Part shown: positions 41,666-50,592 of the stretch, piece after piece
Layout: each line of letters starts with the position of its first letter
How positions within the stretch are numbered: the first letter of the stretch is position 1
Origin: Syntrophorhabdaceae bacterium
GTDB taxonomy: Bacteria > Desulfobacterota > Syntrophorhabdia > Syntrophorhabdales > Syntrophorhabdaceae
DNA length: 64,000 bases
Assembly: GCA_963665295.1 (NCBI GenBank)
Contig: OY762209.1
Coordinates: 3,552,001-3,616,000 of the forward strand
Direction: 5' to 3'
Made by a program: the position numbers and the translations under genes
The notes under the pieces: model-generated
What the model saw: the letters and a program-made list of their open reading frames with translations, nothing else
What the model was told of the DNA's origin: nothing
Database searches by the model: none

Positions 41666-43261
41666 TTAGTGTGCGGCCGTCGAGTGCGCTTCTCCCCGGA
41701 CAGCCTTCAGGAAAAAGGCTGCCCCGTCGGATTTGAGCTTGCGTCGCGAGACCCGGTCCATGTATAACTGGTGACCTCCGTTGTAGTACTCTAGGGTGAC
41801 CCTTGATCTGAGATCCGTATCCGGACCCATGCGATCGAAGGTATACTTTGTGGCGAAATAGGGGGTGACCAGGTCATAGTAGCCGCTTGCCACAAAGACC
41901 TTCAGAAACCTATTCTGGTTGAGAGCCATTGCAAGGCTGGTCGTTACGTTCACATAGCCTCCGGCGGCCGAGCCCCAATTCCATTCATTGAAGGTCTTCT
42001 CGGATAAAAATTCATAGGGGATGTCGCTTTCATATCGCAATTCCCGTCTCAGGTAGTCGTTAAATGCCGATAGCATGGGGGCCGTGACATCAAACATGCT
42101 CGGGTCCTCCATAAAGGTCTCCGCCCTGTAACGACCGGTATACCTCGAATCATAAAGACCCGGGCGAAGGTTGCCTTCTTCGAAGAGCAGCCTTGAAAAT
42201 GACCGCCTGTCGATGCGGAGATTAGAGTTCCTGATGAATTGGGGCTTGAGGCCCGTGTAAGCGGCGAGTTTTTCGACAATGGCTTCCTTTTCCGATGTGG
42301 AGATAGTATATCCCTTGGCAAGGGCTACGAGATAGTCGCTAAGGGCAAAACGTTCAATTTCCTTTCTTGTCCTGTCGGGATCTGCCCCGAGGCCCGGAGA
42401 GAGTCGCTTATGGTACATCGCGGTAAGGGTGTACGAAGGCAGAAAGAGCGCGTAGGCGAGGTCGTTGTCCGGGCCGGGCGCGATAGTCTGAAAGTTGAGG
42501 ATCGAGGAAATGAGGGCCAGGCCGTTGAGGGCCATGCCCACCTTATCCTGGAGATACTTTGAGAGGGCCGCCGCCCTCGTGGTGCCGTAGCTTTCACCGG
42601 CGAGAAACTTGGGGGAAAGCCAGCGTTCATTTCGGGCACAATAAAGCCTGATGAATTGAGCAATTGACTCGACATCCCTCTGAATGCCGTGAAACTCCTC
42701 TCCTTTGACGCCCTCGGCAGGTCTGCTGTAACCGGTGCCCACGGGATCGATAAAGACGAGGTCTGTGAAATCAAGCCACGTCTCTTCGTTGGTTACCCAT
42801 TCGTACGGAGCAGGCAGTCCTTTTCCGTCATCGGAAAGGAGCGCTCTTTTAGGACCGAGGGCACCGATGTGGAGCCATACCGATGCGGCTCCAGGTCCGC
42901 CGTTAAAGGCGAATGTGAGGGGCCTCCCGGTTTTCTCCGGTCCATGTTCCCTGACGTAGGAGGTAAAAAAGACATACGCGGTGGGCTTACCCGACCCGTC
43001 GGTCAAGGGCATATAGCCTGCGGTAGCGGTATATTTGAGAAGCCTGCCGTTGATCATTATGGAATGGTGTGTTACCGAGGGTTTTTGGTCCCAGGGCAGC
43101 TTCTTCTCTTCCTTCCCAACCGAACCGGCGGCCGGCTCCTGCGGTCGTTTTTGCGTCTGCCCCGCGTTCTTCGTTTCCGCGTGAATCATACAAGGCATGA
43201 CAAAGAACATGAGAACCAGCAAGGCTACAGCAATAAGGGTGCGGGAGTATGCCTGCTTCAT
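41666..43261 (-). CDS. S10 family serine carboxypeptidase, exported
   Basis: FNGGPGAAS, FIDPVGTGYS, GESYGT, GYYDL, GGH. Confidence 0.92.
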   Translation of the reverse strand: MKQAYSRTLIAVALLVLMFFVMPCMIHAETKNAGQTQKRPQEPAAGSVGKEEKKLPWDQKPSVTHHSIMINGRLLKYTATAGYMPLTDGSGKPTAYVFFTSYVREHGPEKTGRPLTFAFNGGPGAASVWLHIGALGPKRALLSDDGKGLPAPYEWVTNEETWLDFTDLVFIDPVGTGYSRPAEGVKGEEFHGIQRDVESIAQFIRLYCARNERWLSPKFLAGESYGTTRAAALSKYLQDKVGMALNGLALISSILNFQTIAPGPDNDLAYALFLPSYTLTAMYHKRLSPGLGADPDRTRKEIERFALSDYLVALAKGYTISTSEKEAIVEKLAAYTGLKPQFIRNSNLRIDRRSFSRLLFEEGNLRPGLYDSRYTGRYRAETFMEDPSMFDVTAPMLSAFNDYLRRELRYESDIPYEFLSEKTFNEWNWGSAAGGYVNVTTSLAMALNQNRFLKVFVASGYYDLVTPYFATKYTFDRMGPDTDLRSRVTLEYYNGGHQLYMDRVSRRKLKSDGAAFFLKAVRGEAHSTAAH

Positions 43262-43463
43262 ACTTTTTCTCCTTCCTTCGGGGTCGTCGAAATATTCTCA
43301 CCTTTAAGGTAATACAGAATACCGTCTTCCGGACAATTATTCCAGATGAATCCGCGCACGGGCGATCGCGGGCGGTAAGACGAGGGGGAAGAATAAATGT
43401 ACATATTCCGTGAGAGAGGGACCATTGAAAGAGATGCCGGATAATCGGGCAGGCAGCCTTGGC

Positions 43464-43490
43464 AAAAAAAAGGGGGGGGTAACCCCCCCC
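43464..43490 (-). terminator. Rho-independent terminator
   Basis: G8/C8 stem followed by T run on minus strand. Confidence 0.75.
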
Positions 43491-43499
43491 ATAAATGAA

Positions 43500-43760
43500 C
43501 TACTTCTTTTCCGGGGCAGGGGCGGGCGCTGCTGCCGGTTTCTCTTCCGGTTTCGCATCTTTCTTGTCGGCTTTCTTGTCGGCTTTCTTCTCTGCTTTCT
43601 TCTCAGCCTTCTTCTCAGCTTTCTTGTCGGCTTTCTTCTCAGGTGCTGCTGCTGCGGCTTTGTCGGCAGGTGCTGCTGCGGGCTTGTCCTGCGTGAAACC
43701 GGTTGCTACGAAAACGACGCTGATCATAACTGCGAGTACGAACATTACGACTTTCTTCAT
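43500..43760 (-). CDS. Small exported Lys/Ala-rich low-complexity protein
   Basis: Signal peptide MKKVVMFVLAV..., tandem KKA(D/E) repeats, GAGGTG RBS, own terminator. Confidence 0.8.
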   Translation of the reverse strand: MKKVVMFVLAVMISVVFVATGFTQDKPAAAPADKAAAAAPEKKADKKAEKKAEKKAEKKADKKADKKDAKPEEKPAAAPAPAPEKK

Positions 43761-43811
43761 GCTTCTTCACCTCATTATTTGAATTTTGTTGCGTATACAG
43801 TTTTTGTACTT

Positions 43812-43827
43812 TGCATTTACGGTGCCA
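43812..43827 (-). promoter_or_regulatory. Sigma-54 (-24/-12) promoter
   Basis: TGGCAC-CGTAA-ATGCA about 50 nt upstream of 43760. Confidence 0.7.
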
Positions 43828-44088
43828 AACAGAGCCATCCGTGATAAGGCGCCAATATTACAGGGAGTGTTGTTTGAAGACGGCGTGCGGTTATTCGTGA
43901 AATGACGAAACGAAAGTTCACTATTCGTCAAATAAAGAAAAATGATTTTCATTTCCCGACAGGAAAACCGGAACAGGCAAATCCGGGAAGCGGTAGATGT
44001 GGCAATATCTCACAATCCGTACTACAATTTGGAAGGAAGGACAACTACCTCGGAATGGAGAGGAAAGACGGATCGAGAAGAGGAGACA

Positions 44089-44775
44089 ATGAAAATAATA
44101 AGCATTATAGGCAGTCCGAATGGGATGAGAGGGAATACGGGAGCATTGCTGGAAATCGTTCTTGAAGGAGCGCGAAATCAGGGAGCGGAGACCCGCACTG
44201 TTGCGGTGAAGGCGGGAGAAGTGAAGCCGTGCCTGGGTTGTGATACATGTCATAAAAAAGGCGTTTGCCCGCAGAAGGATGAATTCAACGAAATCAAGGA
44301 AAGGGTTATGGAAGCCGACGGGGTGATTCTCGCGAGCCCGAACTACATATTCCATGTGAGCGCCCAGTTAAAGGCTTTCATCGACCGTTGCTGCGGGGTT
44401 GTTCATTGCCTAGGCTTTGAGGGCAAGTACGGGGCTTCGGTGGTGAGCTCGGGCGGAGGAGAGGAGAGGCCTATTGCCGAGTACATGAACTATTTCCTCG
44501 CAGTCACAGGTGTTATGCCGGTAGGCGCAGTGTGGGCCACAATGTCTCAGATAGAGGGACGGAATTTCCCGGAAGACGTGAGAGAGAAAGCATTCGCCCT
44601 CGGCAAAAGACTGGTAACGGCATGGTCCGCAAGGGAAAGAACTGCTGAATATGCAGACGTGACGTCACGCTTCAGGGAACGCATGCGGTCCCTGGTTCTC
44701 TGGCGCAAGGAGGAATGGCCCCACGAATATGGATACTGGCGGGACCGTGACCTTAAGGGCGGCATGAATCCCTGA
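44089..44775 (+). CDS. Iron-sulfur flavoprotein / flavodoxin family
   Basis: IIGSP..GNT, CLGCDTCHKKGVC, LASPNY, LKAFIDR; AGGAG RBS before ATG 44089. Confidence 0.9.
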   Translation: MKIISIIGSPNGMRGNTGALLEIVLEGARNQGAETRTVAVKAGEVKPCLGCDTCHKKGVCPQKDEFNEIKERVMEADGVILASPNYIFHVSAQLKAFIDRCCGVVHCLGFEGKYGASVVSSGGGEERPIAEYMNYFLAVTGVMPVGAVWATMSQIEGRNFPEDVREKAFALGKRLVTAWSARERTAEYADVTSRFRERMRSLVLWRKEEWPHEYGYWRDRDLKGGMNP

Positions 44776-44811
44776 GAAAGGTCTTCCTCCTTGTTTTGTA
44801 ACTGCCCCTGC

Positions 44812-45045
44812 TCAGCCTCCGCAGCAGCGCCCGGGGGTGTCGCATGAGTTGGGGTCTCCGCAGCAGCCTCCGGGAGGCGGGCTGAAGGAAGGTGTCTGGC
44901 CTCCCATGGAAATATTGGGCGCGGACATCAGCTTCGTGAGGTTGGAACTGCCGCACTCCTTGCAGGAGAACTGTTCATCCTTTCGCAACTGAAGTATCTC
45001 GTTCACTGTTCCGCATTTTTCGCAGCGGTACTCAAAAATGGGCAT
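44812..45045 (-). CDS. FmdB family zinc-ribbon protein with Cys-rich tail
   Basis: MPIFEYRCEKCG...CKECGS..LTKLMS; tail GGCCGDPNSCDTPGRCCGG. Confidence 0.88.
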   Translation of the reverse strand: MPIFEYRCEKCGTVNEILQLRKDEQFSCKECGSSNLTKLMSAPNISMGGQTPSFSPPPGGCCGDPNSCDTPGRCCGG

Positions 45046-45055
45046 TGCCTTCTCC

Positions 45056-45436
45056 TTAGTGGGCGCATCCGTGCTGGTGGTCGTGTCCGCCGCACGCATG
45101 CTGCAGGGTAAGCTCGGGAAGACCGCTCGCGGAAAGGAGGGTCATATTTTCCTTTACGCTGGGAGCTACGGCTCTGTAGACCTTGATTCCCCTGGAATTA
45201 AGGCCCTGTATTGCTCCGGCTCCGATGCCGCCCACAACCACGGCGTCCACGTCTTGCCCTCCCATGGCCATGATGGGATTGCATGCGCCATGTACGTGGT
45301 GGATGTCGGCGTTGCTTACTGTGGTTGTGTTTTGAACTTCCGTATCGACGAGAATAAATGTGGGCGCTGAGCCGAAGTGATTATAGACGATACTATCCAA
45401 GCCGTTATTCTCCTGTACTGGAAAACATACTTTCAT
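45056..45436 (-). CDS. NifB/NifX (FeMo-cofactor-binding-like) family protein
   Basis: HFGSAPTF, HHVHGACNP, VVGGIGAGA; His/Cys tail HACGGHDHQHGCAH. Confidence 0.88.
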   Translation of the reverse strand: MKVCFPVQENNGLDSIVYNHFGSAPTFILVDTEVQNTTTVSNADIHHVHGACNPIMAMGGQDVDAVVVGGIGAGAIQGLNSRGIKVYRAVAPSVKENMTLLSASGLPELTLQHACGGHDHQHGCAH

Positions 45437-45500
45437 GCGCTGCCTCCGATGAGTTGCTTTATTTGGAACGGCCCGGTTTGGCGCGGGGCGTTACATAGAG

Positions 45501-45529
45501 ATTATAATCATATGCTCATAATATGTCAA
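45501..45529 (-). promoter_or_regulatory. Perfect consensus sigma-70 promoter with CATATG operator in spacer
   Basis: TTGACA-tattatgagCATATGat-TATAAT on minus strand. Confidence 0.8.
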
Positions 45530-45547
45530 TAGGGTCCATTTTTGCTG

Positions 45548-45580
45548 TTGACATTTCTTTGTTATAATCATATGTTCAAA
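45548..45580 (+). promoter_or_regulatory. Promoter of YeeE operon overlapped by a second operator copy
   Basis: TTGACA-17nt-TATGTT; TATAATCATATGTTCAAA at 45563-45580. Confidence 0.6.
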
Positions 45581-45603
45581 ATATCAGCAAGAGGAGGGAA
45601 CCT

Positions 45604-46134
45604 ATGGAGGAAAACAGGGAAAAGGGAAAGGCTTGGAATCCTTACGTTGCGGGCGTTTTGACGGGTCTGCTTCTCATCTTCTCCGCGTGGTTCACGGGAA
45701 AATATGTGGGGGCCTCAACAACGTTTGTGCGGACGGCCGGTTTTATCGAGCAGGTTTTTGCGGAAGAGAGGGTGGGCAAAATGGAGTATTTTGTGAAAGA
45801 GATGCCCAAAATTGACTGGCAATGGATGTTTGTGGCAGGCATTTTCTTCGGCGCCCTCGTCGCCTCGGTCACCTCCCGAACTTTCCGGTGGCAGGCCGTA
45901 CCGGTTACATGGAGTGAGCGATTCGGATCGGGAAGAACAAGAAGGGCTCTTACCGCTTTTGCAGGCGGGGCGATAGCGATGTTCGGAGCGCGACTGGCGG
46001 ATGGGTGACCGAGCGGGCATGGGCTGAGCGGTTCGCTTCAGCTGGCGGTGAGTGGTTACATATCCCTGGTCTGCTTCTTTGTAGGCGGTGTTATTGTCGC
46101 CAATTTACTTTACAGGGGAGGTAAAGGACGATGA
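45604..46134 (+). CDS. YeeE/YedE family membrane protein, selenocysteine-containing (UGA 46006-46008)
   Basis: Frame continues past TGA: ARLADG-U-PSGHGLSGSLQLAVSGYISLVCFFVGGVIVANLLYRGGKGR*, matching the family GGC(T/P)SGHG motif; real stop overlaps next ATG (ATGA). Confidence 0.85.
46023..46042 (+). promoter_or_regulatory. Putative bacterial SECIS hairpin
   Basis: GCTGAGCG-GTT-CGC(T)TCAGC stem-loop starting 15 nt after the UGA, G in apical loop, bulged U. Confidence 0.65.
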
Positions 46135-46658
46135 ACGAACTCGTTTACGGGCTCATAACAGGCGTTATTTTCGGACTTCTCCTTCAGAAAGCCCGGGTGA
46201 TCCGATATGACATGCAGCTCGGAGCGCTGCTCCTCAAGGACATGACAATCGTGAAGTTCATGTTTACTACCATCCTTACGGCCATGGTCGGAGTCTACTT
46301 TCTGAAAGACCTCGGTATGGTGAAACTTGCGGTGAAGCCGACCGTTCTGGGCGCGAATATCATAGGGGGTCTTATCTTTGGAGCTGGATGGGCTCTTCTC
46401 GGATATTGTCCGGGCACGTCTCTCGGGGCGCTGGGAGAAGGGCGCTGGGACGCGGTCTGGGGCATCCTCGGGATGCTTGTAGGGGCCGCGGCATTTGCGG
46501 AAGTATATCCGATTATGAAGGGGAGTGTGCTTAAGTGGGGCGTATATGGTAAAATTACCATACCGGGAATAATCGGGATAAACCACTGGATAGTCATTGC
46601 GGCGTTTGTCGTTGTTGGTCTTGTCATGTTCCGGTGGTTCGAAAAGAAAGGGGTCTGA
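46131..46658 (+). CDS. YeeE/YedE family membrane protein (second half-type)
   Basis: GVIFGLLLQK, GGLIFGAGWALLGYCPGT, ALGEGRWDA. Confidence 0.88.
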   Translation: MNELVYGLITGVIFGLLLQKARVIRYDMQLGALLLKDMTIVKFMFTTILTAMVGVYFLKDLGMVKLAVKPTVLGANIIGGLIFGAGWALLGYCPGTSLGALGEGRWDAVWGILGMLVGAAAFAEVYPIMKGSVLKWGVYGKITIPGIIGINHWIVIAAFVVVGLVMFRWFEKKGV

Positions 46659-46706
46659 CAAGGACCGGAGTACGGCAAAAAAATTACAGGAGGTCAAGGG
46701 GTTGAT

Positions 46707-47057
46707 ATGGTAGACGAGTGGATAAAGGAGATAAAGAGAGACTTTCATCCGGATAAGGTGGGCATGATCCTTGTGCACAACGGAGTGGTACGTGGTACGT
46801 CGAAGGAAGGCGGCCTGGTAAAAGGAATGATATTGTCTGTTGACAGGAAGCTGTTGGCGTCCAAGGTAGAGGAGTTGAAGAAAAAAGAGGGTATTGCGGA
46901 GATCAGGGCATGGCTTAACGAAGGAGAGCTGCATGTAGGGGATGACATAATGTATCTTCTTGTGGCAGGGCGGTTCAGGACCGATGTCTTGCCCGTCTTG
47001 CAGGAGTTGCTCACTACGGTGAAGAAGGACGTGGTGAAGGAAAAGGAGATCATGTGA
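46707..47057 (+). CDS. MoaE-family molybdopterin synthase-like protein (short type)
   Basis: GMILVHNGVVRGT, LHVGDDIMYLLVAGRFR, VKKDVVKEKE. Confidence 0.8.
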   Translation: MVDEWIKEIKRDFHPDKVGMILVHNGVVRGTSKEGGLVKGMILSVDRKLLASKVEELKKKEGIAEIRAWLNEGELHVGDDIMYLLVAGRFRTDVLPVLQELLTTVKKDVVKEKEIM

Positions 47058-47740
47058 TGAAGAAGGGTGGCCTTACAAACTGTGCGCAGTGCGATGTGCC
47101 TCTCGGCGAGCGGATTTGCATGACCCCGGAGGGTAGATCGGGAAAGGGATGCCCCACTGGCGGCAAAAGGAAGCTCCTTGGAAAGGCGCTTGCCGAGTAC
47201 AAAGATGAGGGGGTCAGAGAATTTGCAAGGCAATCGTTCCTTCAGGAGGCGGAGTGCTATGCGGGAAGGGAGAAAAGTCCTTATGTAATGCATCCGGTAA
47301 AACCAAGAATGCTGGAGATTATGGAGTTCGCCCGCAGGATGAATTACAGGAAGCTGGGTCTCGTCTTCTGCGCGGGCCTCGCAAAAGAAGGGCGGATAGT
47401 CGGTCAACTTCTCGAGAACTATGGTTTCGAAGTCGTGTCGGTGGCGTGCAAGGCGGGCGGAGTGTCAAAGAAGGAAGTAGGCGTAAAGGATGAGGAGCAG
47501 ATATACAGGGGTAGTCATGAAACCATGTGTAATCCGGTATTTCAGGCTATGATCGTCAATGAAGCCGGGACTGACTTCAACATTCTCCTGGGCCTCTGCG
47601 TAGGTCACGACTCCCTGTACTTCAAGTATGCAACTGCACCTACCACGGTTCTCGCAGTAAAGGACCGCGTAGCCGGACATAACCCCCTGGCGTGTATCAA
47701 CATGATGGAAAACTATTCCGCATGGATAGGGAGCCCTTGA
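47054..47740 (+). CDS. DUF1847 family Cys-rich protein
   Basis: CAQC...C...CP, GLVFCAGL, VSVACK, MCNPVFQA, GLCVGHDSL, KDRVAGHNP. Confidence 0.85.
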   Translation: MMKKGGLTNCAQCDVPLGERICMTPEGRSGKGCPTGGKRKLLGKALAEYKDEGVREFARQSFLQEAECYAGREKSPYVMHPVKPRMLEIMEFARRMNYRKLGLVFCAGLAKEGRIVGQLLENYGFEVVSVACKAGGVSKKEVGVKDEEQIYRGSHETMCNPVFQAMIVNEAGTDFNILLGLCVGHDSLYFKYATAPTTVLAVKDRVAGHNPLACINMMENYSAWIGSP

Positions 47741-48186
47741 TGAACCCCGACGGATTGTCCGGGGAGGTGTTTTTGCGGGCCACAGGTTTTATTGATTCCG
47801 AAAACGACGAAATCAGGAGAGTCGCCCGCGAGATTTGCGAAGGCGCCTCAACGCCGGAACAAAGAGCAGTGAGGCTCTTCACCTTTGTCAGGGACGAGAT
47901 CCGCTATAACGCCTACATGATATCCACCCATCCCGAAGACTTCAAGGCAAGCACGACCTTGGGGAGGCAACAGGGATATTGCGTGCAGAAGGCTATACTG
48001 TTTGCCGCCCTTGGCAGGGCCTCGGGCATACCGACGCGCCTTGTCTTCGCGAAGATAAGGAACCACAGACTTTCCGGTCGTCTGATGCGGGAGATCGGGA
48101 CGAATATGCTGCCCGCCCACGGCTACAACCAACTCTACGTGGGAGAGCGGTGGGTGAGCGTCACTCCATCATTCGAAAGAGCACTA

Positions 48187-49406
48187 TTGTCACATCACAC
48201 TTGTAATGTCGTATAGTATGATATAGAATCTCCTCAAGGGTTAAATTTCACCATGGGGAGGTCCGAATGATAAAATATAGGGTGGTGCTCGAAAAAGAAG
48301 AGCGAAAGGAACTTGAAGGCGTGGTGCAAAAAGGAAATCATAAAGCCCAAAAGGTGCTCAATGCGCTGGTTCTTCTCAATTGCGATCAGGGCCGGTTCCA
48401 GGACCACCCGATGAAGAACGAGGATATATCGGCAGTGTTGCGAATCAGCATGCGTAAGATAGATAGAGTAAAAAAGCGATTCGTGGAAGAAGGACTTGAG
48501 ACTGCCCTTACCGGACACAAAGCAGAGCGAGTCTACGAGAAGAAGGCGGATGGCGATTTCGAGGCCCACCTCATTGCCTTGAGCTGTAGCGAACCACCAG
48601 AAGGTTTTGCGAGGTGGACCTTGCGTATGCTCGCGAACCGGGCCGTAGCGCTCAATTATATCGAGAATATCTCCTATGAAACCGTGCGTCGGGTTTTAAA
48701 AAAACGAAACAAAACCCTGGAAGCAGCAAGGATGGGTCATTCCACCGGAGGGCAATGCTGATTTCGTCGCCGCCATGGAGAACGTACTCGATGTATATAA
48801 ACGCCCGTATGATAAAAGATTCCCGGTGGTCTGTATGGATGAAACCCCAAGACAACTGATCAAAGAAACGCGTACCCCGATTCCCCGCGCTCCGGGACGG
48901 CTCGAGCGTCACGACTACGAATACGAGCGATGTGGCGTCTGTACCGTATTTATGGCCAACGAACCATTGGCGGGCACGCGCCTGACCAAGGTATCGGAAA
49001 GGAGAACGAAGCGCGACTGGGCGGAGTTCATCCGGGAACTTTCAGGACGGTATGGAAAGGCCAAAAGGATCACCCTTGTCATGGATAACCTGAACACCCA
49101 TAAACCCGGCTCTCTTTATGAAGCCTTTTCTCCCGAAGAGGCAAAACGCATCTGGGACCGCTTTGAATTCGTCTATACTCCCAAACATGGAAGCTGGCTC
49201 AATATGGCGGAGATTGAGCTTAACGTGCTCATTCATCAATGCCTGAGTCGCCGGATCGACACTCTCGCCGAGGTCCACTCCGCCGTGTCTGCCTGGCAGG
49301 CCCATCGCGACAATCTCAACGCAAAGGTGAACTGGCAATTTACTACTAAGGATGCGCGGGTGAAACTTAGGCGACTTTATCCGACATTAGATGAGTGACG
49401 TGACAC
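48187..49406 (+). mobile_element. IS630-family insertion sequence (1220 bp)
   Basis: TA duplication at 48185-48186 and 49407-49408; IRs TTGTCACATCAC / GTGACGTGACAC (10/12). Confidence 0.9.
48267..49398 (+). CDS. IS630 transposase, two ORFs joined by -1 frameshift
   Basis: OrfA HTH (RWTLRML); A7 run 48698-48704; -1 frame reads KKNETKPW...CMDE...VMDNLNTH...TPKHGSWLNMAE. Confidence 0.88.
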
Positions 49407-49648
49407 TATGTGAAAAGACAGGAATTCCCGTGGTTGAGTTTGACGGCAGACACGATGCGGTGTTGGCGGCTGCCGACGTCGCGGGAAATCCCTTCGTGGA
49501 GTACGTGGAAAAGTATGGTCCTGAAAGCGATCTCCCTTTCCAATGGCTCAAGGAAAAGGTTTACCCCGTGTGGGGCGACAAGGCATCGTGGTTGAATGAA
49601 AGCGACTCAAGGGGGCACGTAATGCCCTCGGGGTATCGGTTTTAATGG

Positions 49649-50017
49649 TCAGTAAATAGAGCGTATCCTGCCGCTTCTTTTGTCGATGATGAGCCGGTCG
49701 ATGGGCTTGCCTTCGGAGTCGGTTATCTCTGCCTCGAAGTATCTCCTCCGCTCTTCAACTTTTCCCACCTGTACTGTTTTCCCTGAACCGGAAAAGTATT
49801 TCTCCATGGCTTCTTTTGCTTCATCGGCCGTTTTGACGACCCTCCGCGCGCCATAAGGGCCCCACCGGTGGCCCGGGCAGTAACGCCCGTAAGGCATACC
49901 CTCGTAAGAATCGGGGCCTCCCCCGCCGCGCCCCCACCAGGGCTGGGCGTAAGACTCGGCTGAAGCCGACATCATCGCCAGAAAGGCTATAACAAGTATC
50001 ATCCCACGGGCTGCCAT
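49649..50017 (-). CDS. Exported Gly-rich protein, PepSY-like C-terminus
   Basis: Signal peptide; FEAEI..IDKRSGRIRSIY. Confidence 0.7.
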   Translation of the reverse strand: MAARGMILVIAFLAMMSASAESYAQPWWGRGGGGPDSYEGMPYGRYCPGHRWGPYGARRVVKTADEAKEAMEKYFSGSGKTVQVGKVEERRRYFEAEITDSEGKPIDRLIIDKRSGRIRSIY

Positions 50018-50080
50018 CTTGACTCCTGTAATGAACGGACCCCGGACTCACCGGGGTCCGCCTTCAAGGTTCGCTACCTT

Positions 50081-50518
50081 TTACCGCATCGGACAGTTGC
50101 CTGCCCCATAACCGCGGCCTCCCGCCATATGCGGGCCATAACCATGGCCGCGTCCGCCCATTCCCATACCGAAGCCCGCAGGTAATCCCTGTTTCTCGGC
50201 TGCGGTCCGGATCTTAAGGCGAAGATCAATGATCTCCTTCTGGAGCCCGGCTATTTTGGCCTGGTCCGGTTTGTCCTTCAAATACTCGTTCCGGATCTCG
50301 ACGCGCTTTGCCATGGCCTCGTCTCTGAGCGGAAGGGTCTCTTTCTGAAAGGCCCTGAGTGCATTCACATCCACCGGCTTGTTGACCGCAGGTCCGGCGC
50401 CGTACCCTGCTCCGCGAGGACCACCGCCATAACCCATGCCACACCATGCCTGAGCCGAGGCGCCCAAAAGGGCCAATCCAACCACTGCCACTAAAGCCAC
50501 TACCCATATCTTTTTCAT
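50081..50518 (-). CDS. Spy/CpxP/ZraP-like periplasmic protein
   Basis: Signal peptide, Gly/Met-rich ends, ETLPLRDE..KRVEI..PDQAKI..LQKEI helical core. Confidence 0.75.
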   Translation of the reverse strand: MKKIWVVALVAVVGLALLGASAQAWCGMGYGGGPRGAGYGAGPAVNKPVDVNALRAFQKETLPLRDEAMAKRVEIRNEYLKDKPDQAKIAGLQKEIIDLRLKIRTAAEKQGLPAGFGMGMGGRGHGYGPHMAGGRGYGAGNCPMR

Positions 50519-50592
50519 TCCTTTGTCCCTCCTTTATTGGGATTATTTATAGTATGAGTATAAAGGAGGAATGTGAAGGGGTGACGAAGAGA

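Larger units (their letters stand above)
47740..49645 (+). pseudogene. Transglutaminase-like protein interrupted by IS630 (segments 47740-48186 and 49409-49645)
   Basis: FVRDEIRY, GYCVQKA..ALGRASGIP, HGY, WV; removing the IS and one TA restores in-frame ...FERAL|CEKTGIPVVEFDG... Confidence 0.9.

Noticed and set aside
44812..44814. TGA after CCGG in the FmdB protein as a second Sec codon
   Set aside because: No convincing SECIS hairpin, and read-through would run into the convergent flavoprotein gene
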